Part shown: positions 39,050-52,096 of the stretch, in pieces
Layout: every line of letters starts with the position of its first letter
How positions within the stretch are numbered: position 1 is the stretch's first letter
Origin: Mytilus californianus
Taxonomy: Eukaryota
Assembly (NCBI RefSeq): GCF_021869535.1
Contig: NW_026262668.1
Coordinates: 129,146,001-129,210,000, forward strand
Direction: 5' to 3'
DNA: 64,000 nt
Position numbers and translations under genes: made by a program
The notes under the pieces: model-generated
What the model saw: the letters and a program-made list of their open reading frames with translations, nothing else
Databases searched by the model: none
What the model was told of the DNA's origin: nothing

Positions 39050-39590
39050 CTTTTTATTTTCATATGAGTCGGAGTTCCTTCAGACACTTTTCAAAACAAG
39101 AAGATCAAAGAAGCCAGATCATTTAATTTCACGCTCAGATATATTGATGATGTTCTTTCCATTAACAACCCAAACTTTTCTGATTGGGTTCCATTAATAT
39201 ATCCTCCAGAACTAGAAATTACAGAAACAACAGACACGGCTTCCTCCGCCTCGTTTTTAGCCTTATACCTCGATTTTGACATAAGCGGTCATCTCAGTAC
39301 CAGAATCTATGACAAACAAAATTTTCAATTTCCCCAACCTTAGCAGCAATATACCAACTTCACCTGCATATGGGATATACATTTTCCAACTCATTCGATA
39401 TTCAAGAGTTTGCAGCTGCTACTCAGACTTTATAAAACGTCACCAGTGTCTGAGCAAAAAGTTAACGAACCAGGTTTATGTCAAAGAACGTCTCGTCCTT
39501 TTTCTAAAAAAGTTCATCGGTAGATACCAAGACCTTGTTGATAAATATTCCGCGTCAACTTCACAAATCTTGAAGTATAGTAGGTTCTGA
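39050..39590 (+). mobile_element. Penelope-like RT C-terminal fragment
   Basis: FNFTLRYIDDVLSINNPNFSDWVPLIYPPELEITETTDT..NFPNLSSNIPTSPAYGIYIFQLIRYSR..LKKFIGRYQDLVDKYS, with frameshifts. Confidence 0.88.
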
Positions 39591-39917
39591 CGTTGTTTAT
39601 TATCTTGATTATTTTTTTAGTGTTCTTTTATTTGTCTTTGTGAATTATTAACTTTTACTGTTTAGTCCATTTTTGGTTATATCCTTTTGGCGTGGCTCGG
39701 TACTTATATATCCCGCCATTGTGTTATTGTGCTCTGGTCATTTGTTGTATTTTGTCTTTCATTTTTGCTTATGTGCTTTGTCTATATGCCATTTTTTTTT
39801 TCTTTATTGACATATTTGTTTGATTTTATAGTGATTAAGATTATAACACAATGTTGACTGCTGTACCCCTATTTTTGACATTTTTACCTTTTATGTCTGT
39901 TTGTTTTGTTCACACAT

Positions 39918-41986
39918 AGCCAGAGAACACAGTTATTTCGTAGTGCATTTCTTTTAGACAATAAATGAAAATGAAAAAAATCCAATCTGCGCTTTCTCAA
40001 TAATATTTTTACAGTGTGGTGTACTACTTTTGGGACAAATTATATCAAAATTATAGAAAACTTCATCCGCTTTAACTCAAAATATGGACAATTTTATGTT
40101 AAGGGGTCTTGAATTCTTTTGAAAGTTCAGACATACTAATTTTTAACCTTTTTCAGCTGGACCAAATCACTACTTTACTTTAAAATTCATGACCCAAATG
40201 TTTTTACAGTGTAATTTCTTCCCCTTACTTGCTATTTGAGGCATAAAACATGAAGAAATACATGTGGAAGGGGTATGAAAAAAATTGCAACTAATACACT
40301 GTTCACAGTAGGAAATATATTTGTAGACAACGAAATTCAAAGGACGATAACTGTGTTCTCGGACCTAATAGGATAGAAAGACTTAACCAATCTTAATAAA
40401 ACTTGGTATGACTAAGGCTTAACAAATTATAAGTCTGTTGGCCAAGTTTAATGGCAATAGAATATATACTATAGACAATATAACCATTTTAATATTCAAC
40501 TTTGCGTGTTAAATTTTGACGTTAAAATTGAAGAATTTCAAATAACAACATTTGGGCCTGTAAAAATTCAAATTTTGCGACAAATTACTTTTAAGATGCC
40601 CTTATATTTTATATAACATGTATTAAAAGCAATAGTATACTCATATGATGTATCAGATTTATTACATTTTTTCAAAAGTCAAATTCAAATGAGCATGTGC
40701 TTGAAAATAGAGGTTTTCGAATGAACGGGGGCCTTAAATGAAGATGTAATAATTTCAAGCAGTTTAAAATTTTTGATTTTTTTTTGTTATAAACAATCTT
40801 TCCATATTATTTTATGTACTTTAAATGGAAAGAAAAACTACAAATTACCTATGATATGAGTATAAAATGGTCTTAGCTAGGCAAAGCAAGACTGAAAATA
40901 ATTTAGGGTCAATTTAGGCCGTAGCACATAATTACATTTAAAAATGCATACTGAAGCTATAGGAAATAGAAATTTGTTTCTTTTTGCTCATTTCTATGCG
41001 CAGTTGACATGATACAAGAAGTCTGAGTACAAAAGGACTCTTGCATTAAACTTTTTTTTGCAGACAGTATGGTCTGATACAAAGTTTTTACACTTTTCAG
41101 TAAAAAACTTGCATGTAATTTTAGTCTCAACAGGCATATATTTGAACCACATACTTTCCTACAGAAGAAAAGAAAGACAGTATGTGAAATGAAACAGGTG
41201 CAAAAGACATTGCAAAGTGCTTTTTATACAAATTTAGTGAAATCTTTGTGATGGACCTCAACTTTATGTACAAAGCTCCTCACATTTTGCTTACTTCAAA
41301 CAGGCCGTTAGACGAGGACAATTCATACAACACATTTTGCACATTTTTTTCTGTGATAATCTACTTTTCTCTAGATTCAGAGTTCACAAATGAATAATAA
41401 AACTTGATAAAAGACTAGAAACACAAATATTGACACATGGAAAATTTGGAAAAGGCTTGGAAATGCTAATTTTGACCATATAATGCCAAAAAGGGACATT
41501 TTTGCAGAATTTCTTTTAAATAAAAGTTTAAATCCTTTACTTTTATGCAGTTTGACAAACTGACACCATTTCTTTTAGACAATAAATGAAAATTAAAAAA
41601 AATCCCACCTGCGCTTTCTCAATAATATTTTACAGTGTGGTGTACTACTTTTGGGACAAATTATATCAAAATTATAGAAAATTTCATCTGCTTTAACTCA
41701 AAATATGAACAATTTTATGTTAAGAGGGTCCTGAATTCTTTTGAGCTTCAGACATACTAACTTTTAACCTTTTTCAGCTGGACCAAATCACTACTTTATT
41801 TAAAAATTCATGACCCAAATTTTTTTACAGTGTAATTTCATCCCCTTTCTTGCTATTCGAGGCATAAAACATGAAGAAATACATTTGGAAGGGGTATGAA
41901 GAAGATTGCAACTAATTCACTGTTGACAGTAGGGATTATATTTGTAGACAAAGAAAATCAAAGGGCGATAACTGTGTTCTCGGACC
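39918..41986. mobile_element. Non-autonomous TIR element with 4-bp ACAT duplication
   Basis: Ends AGCCAGAGAACACAGTTAT / ATAACTGTGTTCTCGGACC are flanked by ACAT. It splits a repeat that is intact near 34060. 39946-40365 is duplicated at 41567-41986. Confidence 0.7.
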
Positions 41987-43234
41987 ACATTGTTGTCAAT
42001 ATAATGGAATTTTATGCGCCTGTCATACAAGTGAGAGGGTTAGCTAGCTATAAAACCAGGTTTAATCCACCATTTTCTACCGAAGAAAATGCCTGTACCA
42101 AGTGAGGAAAATTGCAGTTGTTTTCCATTCGTTTGATGTGTTTGAGCTTTTGATTTTGCCATTTGATAAAGGACTACCCGTTTTTAATTTTCCCTGGAGT
42201 TCGGTTTTTGTTATTTTACTTTTTAACTGTAAAGAAATAATCAATCAGTTTTTTCTAGCCCAAGGTATAGATTGCCTTAGATTTATTTAGCACAACTTTT
42301 CGGCATTTAAAGCTCTACGTTTTCATATTTCATGTGGCCTTCCAACTGTTTCCTACGCGTATAGCATTCAAAATTATAAGCCTGGTATCTTTGATGATTT
42401 GTTTTTCTCTGAACGTTTCTGTTTTGGATTCAACTAAAAATAATGACTTGCAGATGCTTTTTGTTTTATTTTATTATTTTGCTGTCTTATGGACATTTAC
42501 CTCCACATCTCCTTTATTCAAGTCGTGCGCAGCTACATCCCGGAGTTAATTATTGATTGAAGACGAAAATAGAATGAACACGACATTTGGATGTTATACC
42601 AACAAACTATCATTAGACTCTTATAAACTGGTAAACAGGTTCTTCATTAGACCCTACAAGGGAATTTAAACAACCACCAATCAATCAATCTAAAAGGAAA
42701 TTTACCAATGCTTTATTTATATCTTGTCATCGGGTCTAAATGAGAAATGGGAGAAATGTTATCGAATAGAAATCTATGATTATTGTCCAAATAAATATTT
42801 CATGTATATAGCAACTATTTACGGGTTCTTCTGAGTCTCGATGGAAAACGCGAAATTTCAACTGATAATTGATGTAAACTAAACAATAGTCTCAAACATC
42901 ACTATTTTCTTTCAGTATCCCTTGTCGGAACATTCGCTTGTTATGTTTTACAACGAACAAATTGAAAGAAAAGTTTATTGTTTTCAAGACGCATATGTCA
43001 AAGTATATTTATGACATCTGTGAAGAAACCGTGAAATGGCTAAACCCTTTCAAAACTGTTCGTTACAGGTTGTACATTTGCCAACATTTTATCAAATTGT
43101 TTTTGTAGCACTTGGTGCTCTTTAGAAGATGATTGTCCACATATACCAAATAAACGAAACAGTTATCTCTCCTTTTTCGATTAAGTTGAAATTTAGTTCC
43201 TAGATTATAACTAGCCTCACGGATTGACTATGGT

Positions 43235-43595
43235 ATAGCAATATGGTCATCCCTAGAACTCGCTCATACGATAGTAAAACCCATACCCAAAAGAGCCTTC
43301 GTTTTGGGTGTATAAATACGCATCCACGTCCAATTATAATGGGGACGTCAAATCAAGTCCCACAAGAAGAGAGCGTGCCAGACACGCAACATGATTACGA
43401 ACCGTTGCTACAATCATTTAAGGGATCAGCATTTGGCTCGTTGCTCCTATCCAACATATATTCATTTCTTGTGACAGTAAAAGTTCTGGCCCTTTATTCC
43501 GGTCGACCTACCTATTTGATTCATTGTATTTTTTTCTCATCCTAATCATGCATGAAATATTTCCCAGTGCAAGTTTAGCAATCAACAATCAATCT
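43235..43595 (+). mobile_element. Diverged retroelement 3'-end fragment with (CAAT)n-type tail (copy 2)
   Basis: Homologous to 2000-2350(-); tail ATCATGCATGAAATATTT...AGCAATCAACAATCAATC. Confidence 0.45.
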
Positions 43596-43999
43596 TTCAA
43601 TGGTAACATATAAGTTGTATACTTAACACGAAATTGCGCAAAAATTAAATGCTGGGTGTCAACAGGTATAACAGTCTCTCCTAATCTCATAAGAGGATTC
43701 ATGTTAAATGCTTGAAAATGCTGTCGACGAAAGAAAAGACAAATCTAAAAATCACTTTCCGGGCTATCTCTGAGTAGCAAACCAAAATGTACGGGGTATA
43801 GTTGGGCAGCTAATGTCCACTATTTTATAATCTTATATCCATCTACACAAACTGTATGTAGCTTGTTGAAATACTTATAGTGCCGATATCCATTCTGTAT
43901 AATTTGAAACACATAACATGGTAGTTCGATTATGTGAATTTCTTGAAAAAGGAAACTAAAAATACCAAGGGAACAATAACAAATCATGTTTAAGAAAAC

Positions 44000-44980
44000 A
44001 AAAATTACACCATGACTCTAGTAGATAATAAGTCCCTTAACAAAAACTTAAGACTGAACAAACCGAACTCCAAAAAATACCGCGAGTGAGCACATGTACT
44101 CCAGAAGGGTAAGCATATTCTGCTCTACTAGAAGAGCCAATCGTGATGCTCGTTAAAATATAAAAATTTCATTCGATAATGTCATAATCAAGGAGTAGAT
44201 GACGAGATTGTTGCTACAAAATATGAAACATATCCATGGTAATCTGTGACATAGATTTTACATTAAGGTCAACCAAATTATGATGGCATCAGCACAAATT
44301 CCAATAGATTTATTCACGTTTTCTTCAATAGCTTCCTTTAAAGTAACAATTCTTTTGACGTAAGTTTCGTTCTGAACCGACCATTGTGGTCAATTTCTAG
44401 ATATAGACCAAGAATTGAAGCAAACTTAACTATGATATCCTTTATTTTAAGTTCGATGTGATAGATGCGTTCAACATAGACACCATGCTTTGAATTGTTG
44501 AGGGAGGGGACATGATGTATATAACGGAACGTGTAGTTAACGGAAAATGCAAGCTTCTTTTCTTTTTTCCTGAAAAGATCTCATATGAAGTCAGCCTCGT
44601 TTGAATATAGTATAAATCGACAAGAAAAGAAGAGCAGTTGGTTCCAATAGGAATGTCAATTGTCTGTAGGAGATAAAGTTCTGAAAAGAGTATTACAAAA
44701 AACTCCAAGGTAAATTCAAAAGAAAGAAGTCCATAAAAACTGACAAAATCAAACGTTATCAAACAACGGAACGAGTTAAAAACAACTATCATATTTGGTA
44801 CCGGCATTTTCCGAAGAAAATGATGGGTCAAACCTGGTTTTATAGCTAGGTAAACCTCCCACTTGTATGAGAGTTATTTATAGTTCCATTATATTGACAA
44901 AATTGGTTGAGCAACAAAAACAGACACAATAAGCAAATGTAACAATGATCGGGATCCAGCATTTAAAATTGTGAAAACAT
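44000..44980 (-). mobile_element. Old Penelope-like fragment plus tail repeats
   Basis: Minus strand gives IPIGTNC..FLVDL (RT GTNCAP motif) and the decayed tail seen in other copies. Confidence 0.6.
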
Positions 44981-45222
44981 ACATCACAACTGACCAAAAA
45001 ATTCAAGCAAACATACAAACAAAGATGTCAACGTAACATTTTATTTCAAACTGTCAATAAAATGATTAAGTCATGATGAAAACGGTTGCAGATAACGTTT
45101 TGTATGAGTCACAGTGGTTTTATTCTACAAAGTATGATTATCATGTTCTTAAAACAAAATGTTTTCATCTACGTTATCCATTGTCTTTTTTTAATAAATA
45201 AAATAGTACCAATAACTTTAAG

Positions 45223-46500
45223 GGGGCCTCGGTAGCCGAGTGGTCTAAGTAGTCGAAATACTGTATCACTAGCCTGTCAGCACTGATGTTGCGAATTCGG
45301 TTTATTCCTCCTATTCCTTCACTTTAAAATCTAGTATGTGATTTGTAAAAAATCCATGTAAGAAAAGGAGGAATAGGTAAATAAACAAGGGATTAAATCA
45401 AAGTAGGTTGTAAAAACGTAAAGCTAATTAATTTTCAGGTAAATATCCATAAAACCTCTTGCGGTTTTATTAATGTCCAATTTGAGAATATTAATAGTAG
45501 AAAATGTTTAAAAAAAGTTCTTTAACAAATGCATATTCTTCTCTCATTGAAATTGTACTGTATCCTTATTCTCTTTTTTTTTTCTTTTTCTTTTTTTTTC
45601 AAATTTCTTGTGCTGATATCCTCGTGTAATGAAAGGATTTGCCATTGAGTGAATACATCAATTCAAAACAAATTGTTACAAAGTCCCAAAAGATAGAGTG
45701 TACTAACACAATGATGTAAGCAGTATTTAAACACCGTATTAAACTTTAGGCTCATATAAAAAAAATATAATCCTATACATGAGAGAAAAAAATATCTATG
45801 GGTCCTACATGTAGGTGCTATGCATGCGATGATCTGGTTACTGTGGATCATTTTACTTTGAGTGTTATGAAGTGTAGTTTAGATTTTGCTTTGCCTATTC
45901 AACCTTATACTTTTGTTGCATTGACCCCAGCATCACAGTTGTCAATAATGCAGATTACAGTTCAAATTGTAAACTATATGATTGTGATTTATGTAAAATT
46001 TAATTTGAATTTTTCATTTATGTATTAAGCTTTTTCTTTCTCATTTTTTCTGTTCTATAAATTCAAAGAACATTTCTATATTTAATTTTTTATATTATTC
46101 TCTGTAATGCATCCATGTTTTTATCTTTATTATAATTCTTCAGAAATAAGTAAAAAGGGTGTGATTTAAAAAAATATTTATTTACCTGCACATCAATTAA
46201 ACCTAAATCGCAAAAACAACAAGTTACCTTATAACAACAGCTATTGTACTTTGTTTGTAGGAATAGACGAAATATGTATTTTTAAAATTTAGGAATAGCA
46301 GGAAGACACCCCGCATTCGAATCCAGCACGTGGCAGGTGCGTTTGACTCCAATCTTAATAGACTAAGATTGTCAGTTTTCCTACCGATAGTCAGTGGTTC
46401 TTTCAGGGCACTCCGGCTTCCTCCACCAATGCAAACTGACCGCCTCGAAATAGCGCATAGTGCTGAAAATGGCGTTAGACTTCAAATCAATCAATCAATA
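45223..46500 (+). mobile_element. tRNA-derived SINE split by an insertion (45223-45298 and 46311-46500)
   Basis: The two halves align in order with the intact SINE at 9034-9285. Confidence 0.78.
45299..46310. mobile_element. Non-autonomous TIR element, possibly hAT
   Basis: Ends GGTTTATTCCTCCTATTCCT and AGGAATAGCAGGAAGACACC are imperfect inverted repeats. Flanks GCGAATTC / CCGCATTC match at 6 of 8. Confidence 0.6.
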
Positions 46501-46931
46501 ATTTTAATCTTCCTGGGAAAAAACTTTAGAATGAGGAATACTAGTGTAAACAATTTTGAAGTCATGCATTAAAAAGTAATATCATTTAAAAGGTAATATT
46601 TTACATTAAATCGATTTGAGAATACAAAATGTGTAGCAAGCTTCGAAACAGTTGTAACGTCGTCGTCTCTGCTACGTTGTGTTAATTCGAAAGAATAACG
46701 TAGACATTTCTTTACTGTTTTTTATATGTGTTAGTCATAATTCAAACTGTTTTGTCTTAGCTGCCAGTCACATAACAAAACATTGTACTACCTGATCCAT
46801 AAGTGTTATTTTTGGATTTATTCAATGTGCTTCCAGGAAGACAACAAAACATGGACTGTTTAAAAGTCTTGAATCATGAAATAAAATAAATTGTTTATTC
46901 TGTAATAATATTAACAGTACCAATTTTACTG

Positions 46932-46973
46932 CTCCAGATGCGCATGTCAACAATTACAGTCTCTCCAGTGATG
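46932..46973 (-). ncRNA. Degenerate hammerhead motif, family B
   Basis: CATCA-CTGGAGA-GAC...-GACA-TGCGCA-TC-TGGAG. Core is mutated, palindrome ATGCGCAT is kept. Confidence 0.55.
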
Positions 46974-47489
46974 CTTGGGCCTTAATACAAACGTATAGAG
47001 CTGATAGAACCAAAGAATGAAACAAAGAATAGCCGAATCTGGACAGATCTTTTAAATGTTTTAATTTCTGCCTGGTTTCGTAAGGTCTGATCGAATAAGG
47101 TGGATCATTACTATATATTTCCGCAGATAGACTTTTAGTATGCTTTTTTTTTATATCTAATAAAAAGTCTGGGTCAGCATGCTATTTTACAAGCTACCAG
47201 TCGTGCAAAATTGCTCAATTTTGCATAGATTATTCATGAAAAAGCACTTTTTTTGGTGAATAAAACAAACTATGACATATAATTTTGAAATGAAAAAATG
47301 AGAAGATAAGTTTTATGATATGCTTTAAGAAAAAAAAAAATGATGTTCTTGCAGCAAGTAAAAATTGAAAACATTCCTTTACAAAATTGTTACTACAAGA
47401 GTTATCTCCTTTGATCTGACTGAGTTTAAAAATGAATAAAACTTCACCAAATATCTGGTATTAGTTAAAACTGTCTAAGTAATGCATTA

Positions 47490-48030
47490 AGCGAAAGATA
47501 CCAGAGTGACATTCAAACTCATAAGTCGACAATAAACTGACAACGCCATGGCCAAAAAAGAAAAAGACCAACAGACAAACAATAGTACACAACAAACAAC
47601 ATAGAAAACTAAAGACTGAGCAAGACGAACCCCACCAAAAACTGGGGGTGATCTCAGATGCTCCGGAAGGGTAAGCAGATCCTGCTCCACATCTGGCACC
47701 CGCCGTGTTGCTCATGTTAGTACGAACCCGGTAATAAGTCTAATTCGGTAGGTCACATTCGGGAAAAGGGGGACGGGATTGTGGTTACGACATTAGGAAC
47801 ATATCCGCTATCATCTGTGAAACGGGTATTCCATAACGGTCAACCAACTCGTGATGGCGTCCGTAAAACTTACGAAGGGATGATTTCAACTTCGCAACTT
47901 GGAACTCTTGGTTTAATAGCTTCCTTGTGAGCAGCAACCCTCTATCAATGAAATCATGTTAGGAAATACAAGCCCTGGTATATCGTATCAACTGGGAGAT
48001 ATATACTCTGGAAAACATTCAAGGAATGCG
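47490..48030 (-). mobile_element. Penelope-like 3' fragment, well preserved
   Basis: Close nucleotide match to 33700-34020 and 53200-53660. Confidence 0.8.
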
Positions 48031-50129
48031 CTTCGAAATAGGGCAACCACCTATCGAAGACAATTTACAAATTTAGCGATTTATCTTCCTGACAAGGAAC
48101 ATGTTATGGAATATCTGTTTTACAGAATGACAGATGACGATGTAGAGGTTACGATTAACCTGACTGTGACTTATCACTGGTTTGGCTTCCCTTCCTGAGC
48201 ACCCAACTTCTCCCTCGATTTTTGTTGGGCTCGTGTTGCTCAATCTTTGATTTTGCATGTTGTTTTTGTGTGACTCGTGTGATCAAGGAAAGGTGTCTTA
48301 TGTATGTTTTAACTGACATCCATAACAAACAAGAAAATAAAATCCATGTGCATGTTATAAATCATCAATATAAAAAAGAAAGATGATGGAGTGATTATGT
48401 TCAGACAGCAATCTAAAATAACACGTGCATACAAACCTCATATTGTGAATTTATAGTCGGTGATGTCACGAACGAGGAATAAGGTCGGAAGTGTGTCTAT
48501 AAAAAGTGGCACATTAACGCAGGCATCTCTGACAGAAATTTCGTAACAATCAATCATATCATCATTGTTTTCTTAAAACGTTCGAAGGCATGACTTGAAC
48601 TTTACTGTACGTCTCATTTTCATTGATTTTTTTCATACCTATCTGTTTATATTGGGGTCAGATGCATACCAGCAATCTTCGGAGGTCATGTCGATGGCTA
48701 ATTGGATGGTATCAAGTCCCAAACTATTTATACTCGATTCCATTCCTTTTTCTATGTTACCTATGAGACATGTGTATGCGTGATGTACATTTTAGTATGT
48801 TATAAATCATACTTTAGAGTTTAAGTGAATTTCGTAGACATGAACAAGATTGTTGTGTTTAATATTCGCCAGCTTACTCCTCTTGTTCAGTATTGAAACT
48901 AACAAGAAGCGATTTTGGCGTTACCTTAGAGGGCTAATATGAAAATATAATTTACTACTTCTGGTTATTATCTCAACGTTATAGTTTGGCAAATATGTGA
49001 CAGTTAGAAAATAAGGAGTTACGAAAATTTGTTCGCTATTATCATACTGTAAAACATTTAATTGACCTCAAGCTAACGTTTTTATTGAAATACTGAAGTA
49101 TAAAAGACAAAAGAATAGGGAACATGAAATAGATTATGAAAAGTGCAAATAATAAAATATATTGCATACGAAAGTGTTTAACAATTCTCTATGAAAGTGT
49201 TGCAAAATTTAAATACAAGTAGTTTACTCTTTATCCAATTTTTGTCAGTCTATACATATCAGCGTGAAACATATAGCAAATCTACGTGTACATAGCAGTA
49301 TTATAGTTAGATTTAATATGTCTTTCATTTTTATATCTCTGGAAATCAAAAGAAAACATTTTGTAATATTTTACTTATTGGAAATGTGTGATAAAAAGGC
49401 AATGACAACATATTTTTCATATTAGTAGTATTGTCAGCACTCTATTCGTTGACTCATAAGCTCCTATTATGTCACAAGGCTGATAATACATCTGATTTGA
49501 AAAATGACACGTAAAAATCGGATATGATATTACTGAGTAAGGGAAAAGAGCTATCAATAAAACTGAAAACAAATACAAACACGTTCAACTTATCAAAAAA
49601 GGCAGTATCGTCTATTCACCTCACCTTTTGTTTTTGTGTTTTTAGGATATTTCAGGGAAAAGACCGAACTTATATGGTTTTGTTAATTTTCAGATACTTT
49701 TAATCGAACTTACATAATTATCAATTATATGACACAAAGTGGGACCTTTTAGGAAATAGGCTCGTGAAGCAAAGGTGGGCTTCATCCGGTCATGAATTGA
49801 GGACTGTGAAGGGTAAATATAACATGATTTGTTTTAAAAAAACTTATTCATTAGACACAGGAGGTTATACTCGTATTTTTTCAGGTTAGACTGACACGCG
49901 ATACCGTTAAAACTGAAATATTTTACTGTCTTTTATAAATTAATATGTTTCAGGTCAAGATCTAACGATGTATTCGATTTCTTCGTCACTTAAATACCAC
50001 AGCCTGAGCTACATATTAATAGATGCTTTCCGAGGGTAACGCCTAAATATGTAATGTGAACTTGTTTAAAGAGCATGTTGTACATCCCGATTGGACTTTC
50101 TAAATTGTATAATCATAGTATATATAGAA

Positions 50130-50257
50130 TAATGGCATTTTTGTTTTTGATACTAATTTTATCAGCAAGAATATCAAGCGAGCTAGGCGCGAGCCCGCTA
50201 GGTCAAGCTGATATTCGAGCTGATGAAGTTAGTATCAAAAAAATTAAAATGCAATTA
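50130..50257. other. Long imperfect palindrome (about 128 bp)
   Basis: Arms TTTTTGATACTAATTTTATCAGCAAGAATATCAAGC and GCTGATATTCGAGCTGATGAAGTTAGTATCAAAAA around a GC-rich centre. Confidence 0.8.
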
Positions 50258-51832
50258 TTCTTTTTATCGGCAATTTGTCTTAACAAAATGTTTTTTTGAT
50301 GGAGAATATGAAATAAAATGTATTTGTAAGTAAAACTACTTTTACGCGTACAAACGTGATAGTTGTTCGGTTGTATGAATGAAATCGCGTGCGTTTCATT
50401 GATAATTTGACGCGGATGGACATGAACACGCGACCTTGCTGCACTGTTATGTGACGTCATTGCCTAATACTTTCGAGTATCAAGTCCTTTCTATGAAATA
50501 GAAAAATATTTGGCAGTAAGATGAAAGGGAAAATGTACAAATTGCCGATAAAACAAATTAGTTATTAAAAGTATATTTCTAATAATTTTATATCGGTTAG
50601 CGCGGTGAAAAAGCATCAGTAAACAGAGTTGTGTATATCTCATTTCAATTATGTAATAATATATTATTAAACATTATGATAAAAATGGAAAAATATGATC
50701 ACAAAACAAATCGTACATTACAATGCGTTATCTGAAATGCGTTATAATACATGAATTTTATCAACTTTTACTATCAACACTTATCAAGGTGTGTTAGACT
50801 CAATCTTTTTAAGCAATGTATTCATCGATCGAGTCTCGAATACTGTTATTTTGTTAAATCTTCACCTAGCGTATCGTGTCTGAATTGTATAACTCATTCA
50901 ATAATCAGATCTTAGCCACATCATTAGAAACCAACCAGAATAAAATCATTCTTACTCGACTAAAACAATCATTTTTTAAATAATGACATGATTTCAAACA
51001 AACCTAGAAAAATCGCTGATATACGATTGCACGTGCCTGTTTGTGTTTATATCGAGTCGTATGACCATCTGCAGTCTTCTGAAGTCATCTAGATGGTTGA
51101 TTAGATGGCGTCTAGTCGAAAATACACACGAAATGCTAAACCATTATAACAAGTTCATATATTGTGAATTGTTTCTTTTACGGTTTTTGTTATTTGGATA
51201 TACGTTTTAGTATTTTATAAATCAAATATGAGACTTTGAGTCAAATCGTTGAAAATGAATTTGACAGCCAATGCCCCTTCAAGTAATCATTTTTAGATGA
51301 AGTGTAAATCGACTAAAACTAAAAGCAGCTTCGCATCGTGATCCTTAGCAATAAATTGTCAAGTTCCTTTACACAACTTGGATCTTCTTTTCTCAATTAG
51401 TGGTTGTTATTGCTAATATTAATGATTAAATTTAAGAATCTACCCCGAACTTGTTGGGGACAGCAAACATAATGCTTTAAAAATTAAAAAAAGATAAAAT
51501 ATGCAGATATTATTTAGCTTAAAACACATATTTAGAGCAATAATAGTGTACATCAATCATTTTCTAATTAAACTGAGTATTTGTTAAGAATTTTCAATAA
51601 TGTAAATTAGTATTCTTCATTTTTTACCACAAGCATTAACTTGACATAAAAAAGGGTGTTCAATTTACAACACAAAATCAATAGGTAAAAATATGACGAT
51701 ATCTCTCCAAAATGTATGAGATATCTGACGGCAAAACACACACATGAAGGACGTTGCTTAAAACTATATATTTAGACGGGGGAGGGGTGGCGATTAAACC
51801 TTGTTCTCTTCAATCAAAATAAATGTACAAAC

Positions 51833-52096
51833 CTTGATGAAAATGGCTATCATTGAATAATACGGACTTTATAGGTTTTATATTTCTGTCCATTATATCA
51901 TGCATATCCTTTTCGTTTGTCGTCACTTGCATCAACGACTGAGTATCTAGAAACGATCTGAATGTGTTTGATGTATGGTATATTGTCTTCCTGAATGACG
52001 TTAATGACGTGAAACAGGTTAACAAGAATGATATCCCTAATCCAAAGGCAAGGCCGAAGACAAAGGTAAGTCTGGATGACTGTGTTCCTCCAAACA
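51833..52096 (-). CDS. C1GALT1: Core 1 beta-1,3-galactosyltransferase-like, signal-anchor/stem exon
   Basis: TTGTTTTTTCAG|TG acceptor, hydrophobic LTFVFGLAFGLGISFLLTCF segment, CAAG|GTTTGT phase-1 donor. Joins the catalytic exon in frame (HFHQ-D-DNSLAKDLEKKIRVLCW). Confidence 0.85.
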
